A stretch of DNA of 64,000 nt from positions 1,216,001 to 1,280,000 of the forward strand of contig OZ244207.1 in NCBI GenBank assembly GCA_965216875.1, read 5' to 3'. Made by a program: the position numbers and the translations under genes. The notes below the pieces were generated by a model. The model had not been told where the DNA came from, searched no databases, and saw only the letters and a list, made by a program, of their open reading frames with translations. The stretch comes from Rubripirellula sp. (GTDB lineage Bacteria; Planctomycetota; Planctomycetia; Pirellulales; Pirellulaceae). Shown here piece by piece: positions 10,384 to 19,468 of the stretch; position 1 is the first letter of the stretch, and every line of letters starts with the position of its first letter.

Positions 10384-11621
10384 TGATCGTGACCGTAGCC
10401 TGAGAGGTTGGTATCCATCCCGAGCGCCTTGCCGAGCCGGTTCATTCGACCGTATTCCTCGTCCATCCTGAAGATGTGGTCGTCGTCCACGTAGGCACGA
10501 AGCCAATTGACGCCTCTTCCCAACGGACCTGGACTGTTCTCCGCCCAGTACCCTGTGAGCTGTCCTCTAGTTGCGCCCTTCTCGCGCAATGCAGTGTAGA
10601 GCTCTTCGCCTTTGAGCCCTTCGTCGAGCAACTTGTTGATCAACGGTCCGAGTTCTTCCTCCACTGGTCGACCAAATTCGTCCCGCTCAATCAAGTCCGG
10701 CTCAAACGATCCCATGCCCAACGCCTTCGCCAACCGGCTCGTGTATGGACGAGCCATCTGAGGATTCGACTCGATCACCCCCGGGAGTAATGCCTCCATC
10801 AAACTCTGACGCCGTCCTTCAGGCGACAAACTCTGTTGCAACGCATCCAGTTTCGCTGAGGCGAGTTCACCTTCCCGCTCGGCGGTCGCTCGCTGGATTG
10901 CAAGCTCCTGCTGCCGGAGCCCAAGTGCACCCTCGTTCGCCGCGGCCTGTTGTTGAGCCCCAAACATCTGAACAGCGAGTTCTGGGCGATACGCCATCAA
11001 TGCCTGCATAAACCGGCTGGGCCGTTGGTTGGTCGATGCAATTCGCTGAGCCTGCTGCTGAGCACGGTGGGTGGGCCTGTTTGCAAGGCGACTCGCCCGA
11101 CGCGCTCGACCACGATCGCGATTTGCTTGAGCAGCTGGGGACAGCGGGCGTCGACCTCCCATGTTTAGAGCTGTTGCCAAACGGCCCGGTGGAGCTTGAA
11201 ACCCTGGCCGCATTGGAGTGGCGTCCACATAGCCTTGCAAAGGTGCTCCAACCACACTCACGCGACCATCGGCGCCAACTGTTCGCTCGTAGGTCTCGGT
11301 CTTCGCAGGTTGGACCGGACCTCGTCTATGGACGTACGCGAGATTGCTATTGGGAGTCCCTGGAGAGGTGTCGCCAGCAATGTTTGGGAGTGACGGCGAG
11401 GGCGTGTAGCTCCCGTTGCGGCCACGCGTGACGCCGTAGCCGGCGTCACGGTTTACGTTTTGCCCTATCCCGAGCAGGGAACCCAGACGCGACTGTGGTC
11501 TCGAGCTGCGACTGCCCATTCCCAGTGCGGCTCCCAGTCGTGACTGTTGTCTGCGCGGTGGTGCAGAGCTGCTCAGCAGTGATTGGCGACCTGTTGTAGT
11601 AGTCGTATCAAAGTATGGCAT
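10380..11621 (-). CDS. low-complexity hypothetical protein with repeated RLxxALGMG-like motif
   Basis: long ORF; the motif occurs about 5 times. Confidence 0.7.
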   Translation of the reverse strand: MPYFDTTTTTGRQSLLSSSAPPRRQQSRLGAALGMGSRSSRPQSRLGSLLGIGQNVNRDAGYGVTRGRNGSYTPSPSLPNIAGDTSPGTPNSNLAYVHRRGPVQPAKTETYERTVGADGRVSVVGAPLQGYVDATPMRPGFQAPPGRLATALNMGGRRPLSPAAQANRDRGRARRASRLANRPTHRAQQQAQRIASTNQRPSRFMQALMAYRPELAVQMFGAQQQAAANEGALGLRQQELAIQRATAEREGELASAKLDALQQSLSPEGRRQSLMEALLPGVIESNPQMARPYTSRLAKALGMGSFEPDLIERDEFGRPVEEELGPLINKLLDEGLKGEELYTALREKGATRGQLTGYWAENSPGPLGRGVNWLRAYVDDDHIFRMDEEYGRMNRLGKALGMDTNLSGYGHDH

Positions 11622-11886
11622 CGTCTTGTCCCTCTTGTTTTTTGGACGCCCATGTTTGGAACATTGAGTAGAGCTCTTCACCTCGATCGCTGGGCTGATC
11701 GGCATCACCAAGCTGCGATTCGAGTTCGGCGATCTCCTCGGGTGTGCTATTGATCATTTTGAAGCAGGTTGATTTCTCGAATGGAACACCCATCATCGAT
11801 TCGTTGCTCCACGACTCCAATGCCCTTGAGAGACGATGGAAGAACATCCGCGTCTGTTCATCACCATTGCGTACCATTTCGACCAC
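11608..11886 (-). CDS. hypothetical protein
   Basis: 92 aa ORF overlapping the start of the next gene. Confidence 0.5.
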   Translation of the reverse strand: MVEMVRNGDEQTRMFFHRLSRALESWSNESMMGVPFEKSTCFKMINSTPEEIAELESQLGDADQPSDRGEELYSMFQTWASKKQEGQDDAIL

Positions 11887-11991
11887 TCCATGTTTTGTGT
11901 TTCGACTGATCTCATTCTCAAGAGTTGTTGTCTGCGATCAAGCCTTCAGTTCCTATCTGTTGTTGATTTCTTGAAGTTGTCGTTTGGAAGT

Positions 11992-12006
11992 GTGCCACAG
12001 TAGCAG
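11992..12006. promoter_or_regulatory. island palindrome, imperfect copy (gtgccacagtagcag)
   Basis: 13/15 match, located between divergent genes. Confidence 0.6.
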
Positions 12007-12077
12007 AGTCTGTGGCGGGAGGTTGGCAAGCGCACCTTCGATTCGGTAACAGCGCACATCCACAGCGAGCATTGACC

Positions 12078-12692
12078 ATGAACGAGACCACCCACGAAAT
12101 TGAAACAGGGGATCGACCTGAGCCGGATCGAACGTATTCGGAACCTCATCGCACCTGCCGTTGGTGCAACACATCGAAGCCGATAACGGAGTACCGCATC
12201 CAGTCGCGCGAGCCTGACGGCAGGGCTTATCGTTCGCACCAGTGCCGCCAGTGCCACAATCGTGTCGAGCGAGAGCGTTCAAGACGCAAACGAAAGGATC
12301 AAAGAGACCGTCGCATCCACTCCAAGTTGGCCCTCGTCGCCCGCGCCAAGTCCCAGCGCCGTTGTGTTGCCGCCCTGGCCGAGTCACTCCTCGAAGGCTT
12401 CGGGGGCGTTGAAGGCTTTGCAAAGGCTTGGACCGAAGCCATCACAGAAGCCACCGCTTGTAAGCGGATCCGAGCTGGTGAGGCTCTCGTCGTTTTCCTT
12501 CAATGGCTCGAAGAGCATCCCGAGGTAACCATGGATATCAGGACAGCGTCGGATGAGGAGCTCGAACGAGCCTACAGGGACGCGCTTGCAGCCGCTTTTA
12601 TCGAGTTTCTGCGTGATCATCGGGGAATCGCGACCCGACTGCTCGCTCAGTCAGGATTCGTTGAGGCTGAACCGTCAAACGTCGTGGAATAG
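12078..12692 (+). CDS. CxxC...CxxC zinc-ribbon protein
   Basis: CRWC and CRQC pairs followed by a basic helix. Confidence 0.7.
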   Translation: MNETTHEIETGDRPEPDRTYSEPHRTCRWCNTSKPITEYRIQSREPDGRAYRSHQCRQCHNRVERERSRRKRKDQRDRRIHSKLALVARAKSQRRCVAALAESLLEGFGGVEGFAKAWTEAITEATACKRIRAGEALVVFLQWLEEHPEVTMDIRTASDEELERAYRDALAAAFIEFLRDHRGIATRLLAQSGFVEAEPSNVVE

Positions 12693-12839
12693 CGACACGT
12701 CAATGAGAGCTCTCCGGCAACCATTGGGAGCCGCTTGGCTCTATGTGAATCGGCACCACGTCCAGCCGTGAGAGTACCTCCCGTTTCCCTCTCAATTGTG
12801 GTGACGTCGCCAAGCTCCTGGGCTTGAGGCAACCGCACT

Positions 12840-12854
12840 GTGCCACAGTGGCAC
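12840..12854. promoter_or_regulatory. island palindrome GTGCCACAGTGGCAC
   Basis: perfect 7-1-7 inverted repeat. Confidence 0.75.
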
Positions 12855-12959
12855 TTTCGCTGCCCCCTCTGCTTGGAGGGTGTTGCCGGAGGGTCCAGCG
12901 ATAATCTAAGAGGAGCCAGGTGTGCTCCAAAGAGCTTATTCACAAACCGGAGTTTCACC

Positions 12960-13358
12960 GTGCCCACGCAAGACAGTCATGACGCCTTCGCCAAGCTAAA
13001 CGCCGAAATCAAGGCGGCAGAGCATATCCTGAACAGGCTGCCTGGTAGCCGTTCCCAGAAGTGCTACGTTGAGGTTTGGGAGCAAGCGTACCTTCAATAC
13101 GGCGACGGTTGTGACGAAATCGAGACCAAGTTTTCGACCGAGTGCCTTTACGTTTTCGACGAGGGCAACAGGACGGCTGTTCCGCTACGTGAGCTTCCGA
13201 TCCTGAGCCGCGTCGCCGCAACGGAGCATGTCCCTCGCTTGTTTGATCGCGCGGTCGAGTTTGAGCAGGACGTAGCCGACCGAGCAAGCGAGGCCACATC
13301 CAAGCTCGCGGTTGCCAACCGCAAACGCAGGTCGAGTGACCTCAGAAGTACTGTTTGA
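12960..13358 (+). CDS. hypothetical protein
   Basis: GTG start after a ccggag RBS. Confidence 0.6.
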   Translation: MPTQDSHDAFAKLNAEIKAAEHILNRLPGSRSQKCYVEVWEQAYLQYGDGCDEIETKFSTECLYVFDEGNRTAVPLRELPILSRVAATEHVPRLFDRAVEFEQDVADRASEATSKLAVANRKRRSSDLRSTV

Positions 13359-13623
13359 TTGCAACTGTAACGCAACCTGACTGTGCACTCGGACATTACC
13401 TACCTCGTTTCTAAAGCCGCGGCCTAGGCTAGCTACCGAAATCCACTTGCCCGGTGGGTGGCCGCCCTTTTTCTCTCGGGCAACTCGCATTGGGCATGCA
13501 TATGTTCTCTATAACCGAACGCGATCGGCGTTGCCAAAGTACACCCCCTGACCCGTCGCGAAGACTCGCTCACTTTCGGTGCGCCGTAGCTCCGTACTCA
13601 ACCGGCCTCTTGAGGTTGGAGCA

Positions 13624-14061
13624 ATGAGGCATGATCAGTTTGAAGAGTGGATCACGTCGCTCGTTTCGGAAGTTCGAAGGATTCACCGCCTTCTTGCCGA
13701 TAGTGTTTCGCCAGGAATTGAGGTAGCGAGAGCAGAACGCGCTGAGGATGACCTCTGCGGTCAGGCCCTGGCTCTCTTCAGGCTGCTTTCGAGGCACCGA
13801 CGCAAACTCTCGTTTGATGAGGTCGCCAAGCTCTCAGACGCCTTTCGCAACCCCTACCCAAAGCATGAAACGATCAGGCGCGCGCTCGAACGTCTTTCGG
13901 TCCAGCTTGCAGACCATGGATTCCACGTTCGTCTCTCCCGCGGGACCGCTATCCTCGTCGACCTGACCGACAAAATTCCCGACAAACTCACCGGTGTCCA
14001 TTCCGAGACATCCCAGGAACAATCAGACCACTCCATAGGAGACTCACGTCATGAGTGCTGA
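13624..14061 (+). CDS. hypothetical protein, possible winged-helix DNA-binding protein
   Basis: LSFDEVAK...ETIRRALERLSVQL pattern resembles a wHTH. Confidence 0.5.
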   Translation: MRHDQFEEWITSLVSEVRRIHRLLADSVSPGIEVARAERAEDDLCGQALALFRLLSRHRRKLSFDEVAKLSDAFRNPYPKHETIRRALERLSVQLADHGFHVRLSRGTAILVDLTDKIPDKLTGVHSETSQEQSDHSIGDSRHEC

Positions 14062-14227
14062 GGCAACGCTGCTCCCCGTAACTGAACTCGAGGTCCGACA
14101 AGAGATCGCGGCGAAACTCCGCGAGCTGAAGGCGCTACGGAAGATCGCCAGGGCTCTTGGGGAATTCGAGGAGGAGAGTCATCACGCTGCACGGTCTCGT
14201 GCACTGCTCAGTGAGGTAGCCGATTAG
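14051..14227 (+). CDS. small helical protein (58 aa, MSAEATLLPVTELEVRQEIAAKLRELKALRK...), not in the ORF track
   Basis: taggag RBS, ATG at 14051, TAG at 14225-14227 overlapping the palindrome. Confidence 0.6.
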   Translation: MSAEATLLPVTELEVRQEIAAKLRELKALRKIARALGEFEEESHHAARSRALLSEVAD

Positions 14228-14241
14228 TGCCACTGTGGCAC
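14227..14241. promoter_or_regulatory. island palindrome GTGCCACTGTGGCAC
   Basis: perfect copy directly upstream of the polymerase-like gene. Confidence 0.75.
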
Positions 14242-14257
14242 TTTAATAGATCCATCT

Positions 14258-15700
14258 GTGGTCGAGCAGGCCCACCGGAGATCCGACAATGCCCCAAAAA
14301 AAAGGGGGCTGCGCGAGATGGTTAGCGCAGCCCCCGAGCAGTTTGATCCGACAATGCTGATACCGGAGTTTCAAATGATTATGGGTTGTGACGCAAAAGA
14401 TTCAAGCCTTGCTCCCAACTCGAGCAGCCAACTTGAATCCGAACCGGCGAAGGCCTATCAAAGGCTCAAGGTCGAGCCTGAAGGAGCTCCAGTTGGACAT
14501 CATGTTGCAGTTCATCGCGACCTGCTTGATTGGATGGAAGACCACGTACAGAACGATGACGTGCGCCATGAGCTTACGCTCTGCTTTCAGACCTACATGA
14601 GAGAAGGACAATTCCTGATCAACCAAAAGCGGTTTGGCCACGGTTTTGGCGGTACGGCGACGAAGGCTCTTCGGACAGCTCTTGGCAAGTGCCCCTTCGT
14701 CGAACGCTTGTCCGAAGGGATCCCGGGAGTATGCTCGAGCGAATACCGATTCCGGCTTCGAGCGATTTCCCGCAATTTGCGGGGCAAAACGTGGTCACCA
14801 GATAACGGTATCCTCCTGTTCTCGGTTCCTCCCGGATATTGCCGGTTGGTGCGGGTGCCTTCTGACTGGATGGCCCATCGAGCGTCTAGATGGGTTCAGT
14901 TCTGTGCTAAGCGTGGTCTTCCTCTTCCGGCTGATTTGCGTGCCGACTCCCCGCTTGCATCGGCTACCTTCGATGCGATCCGGCGCATTTGTGTTCCCGC
15001 CGTCGTCGATGCTACGGGCGTCGTGTGTGCCGAAAAGATTTCTTTCCTTCTTGAATTTCATAAGTCATTGCTTACGAAGAGGGTTCGTCGCAAGTACTGC
15101 GCCAAGGACGGCAGGACCTATCACGCGATAACCAATTGTCCAAGGGTTCTCAGACGTCAGCTGCTCCTAAATGGCGAGCCGTTGCGTGAGGCTGACCTAA
15201 GCTGCTCGCACTTCTACCTATTGGCGACCCAGATAGCTGATGTCGATGAGCGAGACCGACTGCTAGAACTCATCCGTTCGGGGCGCTTTTACGAGACCGT
15301 CGCGGAACTCTCGGGTGAAGAGTTCGTAGATCGAGCGGAACTGAAGCAGGAAATGCAACGACAGTGTTTGTTTGGGCGAGACGGGCGAATCTCGTCGCGA
15401 CCTTTGTGGCCTGCTCTACGGAAGGTCTCGCGGCAGCTCTGTAGCCTAATCCTTCGCTTAAGGCGGGGCTTCGCCAAGAAGAACGCCTCTAACTTTGCCA
15501 AGCTAATTCAACGGCTAGAGGGCCGTTTAATGGATGATGCCCACTACAAACTGATTGAAGAAGGCATTGATGGTATTCGGCTCCACGACGGGTTTCTTGT
15601 CGCTGAAAGCAGTATCGATCGCGTTGCCCAAATCATTAGAGATGCTGGCGTGAAGGTCTTCGGCGCAGAGCCCAGAATTGGGATCAAGACCGGAGATTGA
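14258..15700 (+). CDS. family-A DNA polymerase / T7-RNAP-like palm-domain protein (candidate replicase; start uncertain, possibly 14354 or later)
   Basis: GRTYH..., motif A-like EADLSCSH, motif B-like RAELK..LFG, IQRLEG, motif C-like RLHDGFLV. Confidence 0.65.
   Translation: MVEQAHRRSDNAPKKRGLREMVSAAPEQFDPTMLIPEFQMIMGCDAKDSSLAPNSSSQLESEPAKAYQRLKVEPEGAPVGHHVAVHRDLLDWMEDHVQNDDVRHELTLCFQTYMREGQFLINQKRFGHGFGGTATKALRTALGKCPFVERLSEGIPGVCSSEYRFRLRAISRNLRGKTWSPDNGILLFSVPPGYCRLVRVPSDWMAHRASRWVQFCAKRGLPLPADLRADSPLASATFDAIRRICVPAVVDATGVVCAEKISFLLEFHKSLLTKRVRRKYCAKDGRTYHAITNCPRVLRRQLLLNGEPLREADLSCSHFYLLATQIADVDERDRLLELIRSGRFYETVAELSGEEFVDRAELKQEMQRQCLFGRDGRISSRPLWPALRKVSRQLCSLILRLRRGFAKKNASNFAKLIQRLEGRLMDDAHYKLIEEGIDGIRLHDGFLVAESSIDRVAQIIRDAGVKVFGAEPRIGIKTGD
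14296..14335 (-). terminator. minus-strand intrinsic terminator-like hairpin
   Basis: 11-bp perfect stem gggggctgcgc/gcgcagccccc preceded by A8 on the plus strand. Confidence 0.6.
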
Positions 15701-15703
15701 ACC

Positions 15704-15822
15704 GCAAATGCTCCGGAGGAATACCGCGTCTGCGTTCCCTTGCGCGTAGCCGCGGACGCCGACGAGCGGGGCAAGAAGCCACAGCGAGCATCATCACCGA
15801 CGTTCGCGACGAGATCCTCTGA
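15704..15822 (+). pseudogene. frameshifted fragment paralogous to gene 16317-16874
   Basis: ANAPEEYR..ADERGKK/PTASIITDVRDEIL* versus AKAPAEHR..ASERDTKPTAKIIAEARDEII. Confidence 0.7.
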
Positions 15823-15897
15823 ACGCCCAAGGTGGCCGCGGAGACGTCTCCGATAACCTATGTGCTGTGGCGATGAACACGCCAGGAAAATCAGGGT

Positions 15898-16320
15898 ATG
15901 CAAATTTGCATACCCAAACACCGAAGTTACACCGACCCACGATTCATTAATGACACTTTCAGACACGATTCCAGACAAGATGTTTCGACGAAACCTGGGA
16001 ACTCTGCATCTCCAGCAGCTTGCGCGGCTTGGTATTGGCTCGCACAGTTTGACGACAAGGGACTGGCCGACAAGTCGATCGGGATTCTCTCCGGGAGCCT
16101 AGAGGCGATGACCACATCCCCCTTCAACAAGTGCCGAGAGTCGCTGATGAACTCCCGAGCGAACAAAAGGAAGCTCACTAACGATGCCCAGCTCAAACTC
16201 CTTTGGTCGGCCTGGGAGAAAGCGAAGGCCGGTAAGACCGTGAAGGCACTTCGGCCTGTAAAGCAGATCGCATGTTGCGACGCAGCCTATTACGCCTTAA
16301 AGAGGATCCGAGATCGATGA
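15898..16320 (+). CDS. hypothetical protein (possibly 5'-truncated)
   Basis: 140 aa ORF; ATGA overlap with the next gene. Confidence 0.45.
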   Translation: MQICIPKHRSYTDPRFINDTFRHDSRQDVSTKPGNSASPAACAAWYWLAQFDDKGLADKSIGILSGSLEAMTTSPFNKCRESLMNSRANKRKLTNDAQLKLLWSAWEKAKAGKTVKALRPVKQIACCDAAYYALKRIRDR

Positions 16321-16874
16321 TCAACGTTGTCCACCCAGGCAAAGTAGCCCGCCTCAAGCAGCTCGAAGGCGTCGTCGAACGAGGCAAAAAGACGTTCGTG
16401 AAAGTCGGCAACGCCTTGAAAGAGATCCGCGACCAGGAGCTGTACAAGGTCACGCACAGGAGCTTCGCAGCGTACGTGGAAGATCGGTTCGGATTTAAGC
16501 GACACAACGCGTATCACCTGATTCAGGCTGCTGAGGCTAGCGATTCTGTTAAACACGTTCAACATATTGAGAATGCTCGCCAGGCGGCTGAAGTCGCGAA
16601 GGCTCCCGCCGAGCACCGCGATGCGGTTGTCGAGCGAGCAGCCGAGATCGCTAGCGAACGCGACACCAAGCCAACAGCCAAGATCATCGCCGAGGCACGC
16701 GACGAGATCATCGGCGCCAAGCAGGGCTCACCGATCGAAGCTGCACCGCGAACCGACCCGGTAGAGGCCCTGGCGGCGATCGTTCGAACGCTTGAAACCG
16801 ATCAACTCGTTGCCATGCGGAATCTGATTGATTCAGTCCTGGGCGAGGTGAACTCAAGCGGAGGGAAGTGCTGA
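16317..16874 (+). CDS. phage-type HTH protein (DUF3102-like N-terminus)
   Basis: LEGVVERGKKTFVKVGNALKEIRDQELYK..SFAAYVEDRFGFKRHNAYHLIQAA pattern, common in prophage proteins. Confidence 0.7.
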   Translation: MINVVHPGKVARLKQLEGVVERGKKTFVKVGNALKEIRDQELYKVTHRSFAAYVEDRFGFKRHNAYHLIQAAEASDSVKHVQHIENARQAAEVAKAPAEHRDAVVERAAEIASERDTKPTAKIIAEARDEIIGAKQGSPIEAAPRTDPVEALAAIVRTLETDQLVAMRNLIDSVLGEVNSSGGKC

Positions 16875-16915
16875 AGGTCGACAGTGGTCTTCTAGGCTTC
16901 CAGCCAAACTAGTTT

Positions 16916-16930
16916 GTGCCACTGTGGCAC
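16916..16930. promoter_or_regulatory. island palindrome GTGCCACTGTGGCAC
   Basis: perfect copy upstream of ORF 16965. Confidence 0.75.
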
Positions 16931-16964
16931 TTTAGCATCACCATCCACTAACCAAGGAACCACG

Positions 16965-17237
16965 ATGGACTCAACCGACAGCAGCCAGATCCGACTCGTT
17001 CGGGTCAAGGGCTACGCAAACCTTGTGATGCAGCAATACCTCGACGGGCAGTGGCGAAACATCCCTGTCGTTGAATTGTCGGGCAAAGAGATTGACGTTC
17101 CCAAGGACATCCCGCGCAAGCCACGCAAGAAGAAGGCTGCGGCGAAGCCAAAGCCGAAGAACAAACCAATGTCCAGACGCAGCCGCGTTCCAGCCGGCGG
17201 CAGCAATACGCCTCTTGGGCGGAGAAGGCTCGCGTAA
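16965..17237 (+). CDS. small protein with a Lys/Arg-rich tail
   Basis: aagga RBS; 90 aa. Confidence 0.6.
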   Translation: MDSTDSSQIRLVRVKGYANLVMQQYLDGQWRNIPVVELSGKEIDVPKDIPRKPRKKKAAAKPKPKNKPMSRRSRVPAGGSNTPLGRRRLA

Positions 17238-17387
17238 CGGGGCTGCACGCAATTTGATGGAATCGATCGGTTGAAGGGATAGTTCGTGCATTCGGTTACG
17301 GGCATACTCAAATAGTGGCTGGCACGGAAATACCTGATACAATCTTGGCGTGAAATCGTACTACCATTCGTCCTAGAGGAAGAATCG

Positions 17388-17669
17388 ATGCCGAGATTAA
17401 ACTTGAGGATCAAGCACAAGAAAATCAATTCAGAAGATCGAGGATTTCACATCAAGATTGTCGGCCCATTTAAGGCTGCCAAGGGCGTTCACTTCGAGTC
17501 AACCAATGGTACTTCTTCCATGAGGCTGCAACGATTTCGATTGGAAGAGGGCGTTCTTGAAATCAAGAGCAAGTTGCACTGCAATGTGAAGTATCTCGGT
17601 GTTTGGGTCCCCCCCTTCTCTAAGCACACGATTACGAAGGGAGGAAAAGACGTCGCAAGCTTTGAATAG
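17388..17669 (+). CDS. hypothetical protein (93 aa)
   Basis: gagga RBS followed by ATG. Confidence 0.6.
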   Translation: MPRLNLRIKHKKINSEDRGFHIKIVGPFKAAKGVHFESTNGTSSMRLQRFRLEEGVLEIKSKLHCNVKYLGVWVPPFSKHTITKGGKDVASFE

Positions 17670-17983
17670 AGCTAACCAGTATTGGAGTTAAAGGCGATTG
17701 GAGGGGCCTGTTTTTCCTGATTGAGATCGACCGGAATCAATGCTCCATGTTGGTTCCGCGGAAATTGCTCAAGAGATTCTGCCTGGACCTTCTGTAGCTC
17801 CCGTGCGGCTCTCTGAATTGGCTAGTATTGGACAGAAGTGCCAGCAGCTAGTACCGGAATGACTGAAGTGAATCTGGCCTGCTGCTCTTCATGTGCACTA
17901 ATACACGACTCTATTCATCGGACCATTGGTGGCCGAGAGAATGTGCAGCATGCTTTATGATTGTGAGAAAAGGGGAGTCCAAG

Positions 17984-18226
17984 ATGCAATCGAAGACCAC
18001 GGGCCCGAAAGGGCAGATGCAGCTCTACGAACACTGGAGTGAGAGCGCGAGCGGCCATGTCGAGACCACCGAGATTGCGGAGCTGACCGTCGTGGACGGC
18101 AACGTCGTGCTCATCGTATCTTCGCGCACCGAGAAGTTCATTCCGGGCTCGGTTGGCGCTGCGTGGAAGAAAGAGTTCACGATCGGCGGACGGCAGTTGG
18201 CGGAATTGATTCAGAACAACACGTAA
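17984..18226 (+). CDS. hypothetical protein (80 aa)
   Basis: ggggag RBS followed by ATG. Confidence 0.6.
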   Translation: MQSKTTGPKGQMQLYEHWSESASGHVETTEIAELTVVDGNVVLIVSSRTEKFIPGSVGAAWKKEFTIGGRQLAELIQNNT

Positions 18227-18237
18227 CGAGGGCAAGT

Positions 18238-18369
18238 ATGGGCACGTATCCCATCCAAATTCCAGTGAAGTCTTACGGTGGGAAAGACCCCAAACTCATC
18301 CGCGAATACCGCGTTTGCGGCCAGGCCGCGAACGATATTCAGGCATGCCTGAACGAACAGGCAAGGTAG
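18238..18369 (+). CDS. short or truncated hypothetical protein (43 aa)
   Basis: gagg RBS followed by ATG; may be a pseudogene. Confidence 0.35.
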   Translation: MGTYPIQIPVKSYGGKDPKLIREYRVCGQAANDIQACLNEQAR

Positions 18370-18460
18370 CCAGCGACATACCTTTACAAACCACCAGATC
18401 GCCTAGGCAACGTAACGGAATCACATTTTTCCGCGAAGAGCCTTTGATAGGAGCCAAAAT

Positions 18461-18712
18461 ATGAGCCGCAAATGGAAACAGGTCACCGGCAAGGTGCGCG
18501 TCCAAAACGAAGAAGGGAATGAACTGGAGTGGGATGTTGTCCACGAGTTTTCCGAGTGCAAGACCATGCACGGCACGAGCGTATCAAAAAGCAGGCTGAA
18601 GGATGTGCGGAGCCCGGATGGAAGGGCGATCTACTCCCGCGATGAGGGTGAGTTTTTTTTCGCGGATGAGCCGAACTCCATCTATCGTGTGGTGGAGGAG
18701 TGGGAACTCTAG
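18461..18712 (+). CDS. hypothetical protein (83 aa)
   Basis: aggag RBS followed by ATG. Confidence 0.65.
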   Translation: MSRKWKQVTGKVRVQNEEGNELEWDVVHEFSECKTMHGTSVSKSRLKDVRSPDGRAIYSRDEGEFFFADEPNSIYRVVEEWEL

Positions 18713-18847
18713 TCAACTAACGATTGCGGGGGAAAGCTAGGACATCACTCTACGCGTTGCATTATCACTGATTCATCCGGCGCCGCGGCGGACACATCGA
18801 CCCAATGCAGTACGCCGCTCCGTAGCGAAAGGGAGGTTTTGACGATC

Positions 18848-19327
18848 ATGGTCCAAGCAAAACTCATCCAGGGCCACCTCTATTACGACTGCGGCATTCG
18901 TCAGGTCGAGGAATCGGATCCACACGTTATTGACGTTTGCACCTGGAGATACGACGGATTAATGAGAGGCGAGCGCACGTCACCAGATTGTGATCAGCCA
19001 TATCACTACCATCAGTTCACTGAGTACCGGTCCTATTTGTATGGTCGCAACAAGCCTGATTCGGAACGGCGTTATACATCCATTAGGTTTCCTTCAGAGG
19101 AGAAGGCCTTGGATCGAATGTTGGACTCCAATGCGTTCTACGTAGAGCTAACTGGTGCCTTCGAAGAGCTTGGCTTTATGGAGACATTAGCAAAGGACGA
19201 CACCTGCATGTCCTGTGGCACGCCCCATTGCGAAGCGGTCATTTCCGGGCTCGGTCACTACTACGTGCTATGTGACGACTGCTGCAAGACCGCGCTTTCA
19301 GCATTGCCCGGCCTGCGCACAGGGTAG
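18848..19327 (+). CDS. hypothetical protein with C-terminal CxxC..CxxC zinc ribbon
   Basis: ggagg RBS; CMSCG...LCDDCC. Confidence 0.65.
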   Translation: MVQAKLIQGHLYYDCGIRQVEESDPHVIDVCTWRYDGLMRGERTSPDCDQPYHYHQFTEYRSYLYGRNKPDSERRYTSIRFPSEEKALDRMLDSNAFYVELTGAFEELGFMETLAKDDTCMSCGTPHCEAVISGLGHYYVLCDDCCKTALSALPGLRTG

Positions 19328-19468
19328 AGCTTCACCTTGCGACTCACGCCCATCCTGCGGCTAGTGGTCTTATCGGCGATCGTCCGGGCGTTTGAGGCTG
19401 ACCAGCCGGTGTAAACCAGGCTGCGATTGGAGCCGACGTCCCAGCCAAGAAGCCGATCTCGACTTTGC

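Noticed and set aside
13539..13547. third att site (gtacacccc)
   Set aside because: Only 9 bp match the att core, which is compatible with chance.
16965..19327. integron cassette array
   Set aside because: No convincing RYYYAAC...GTTRRRY attC pairs, and the integrase is not IntI-like.
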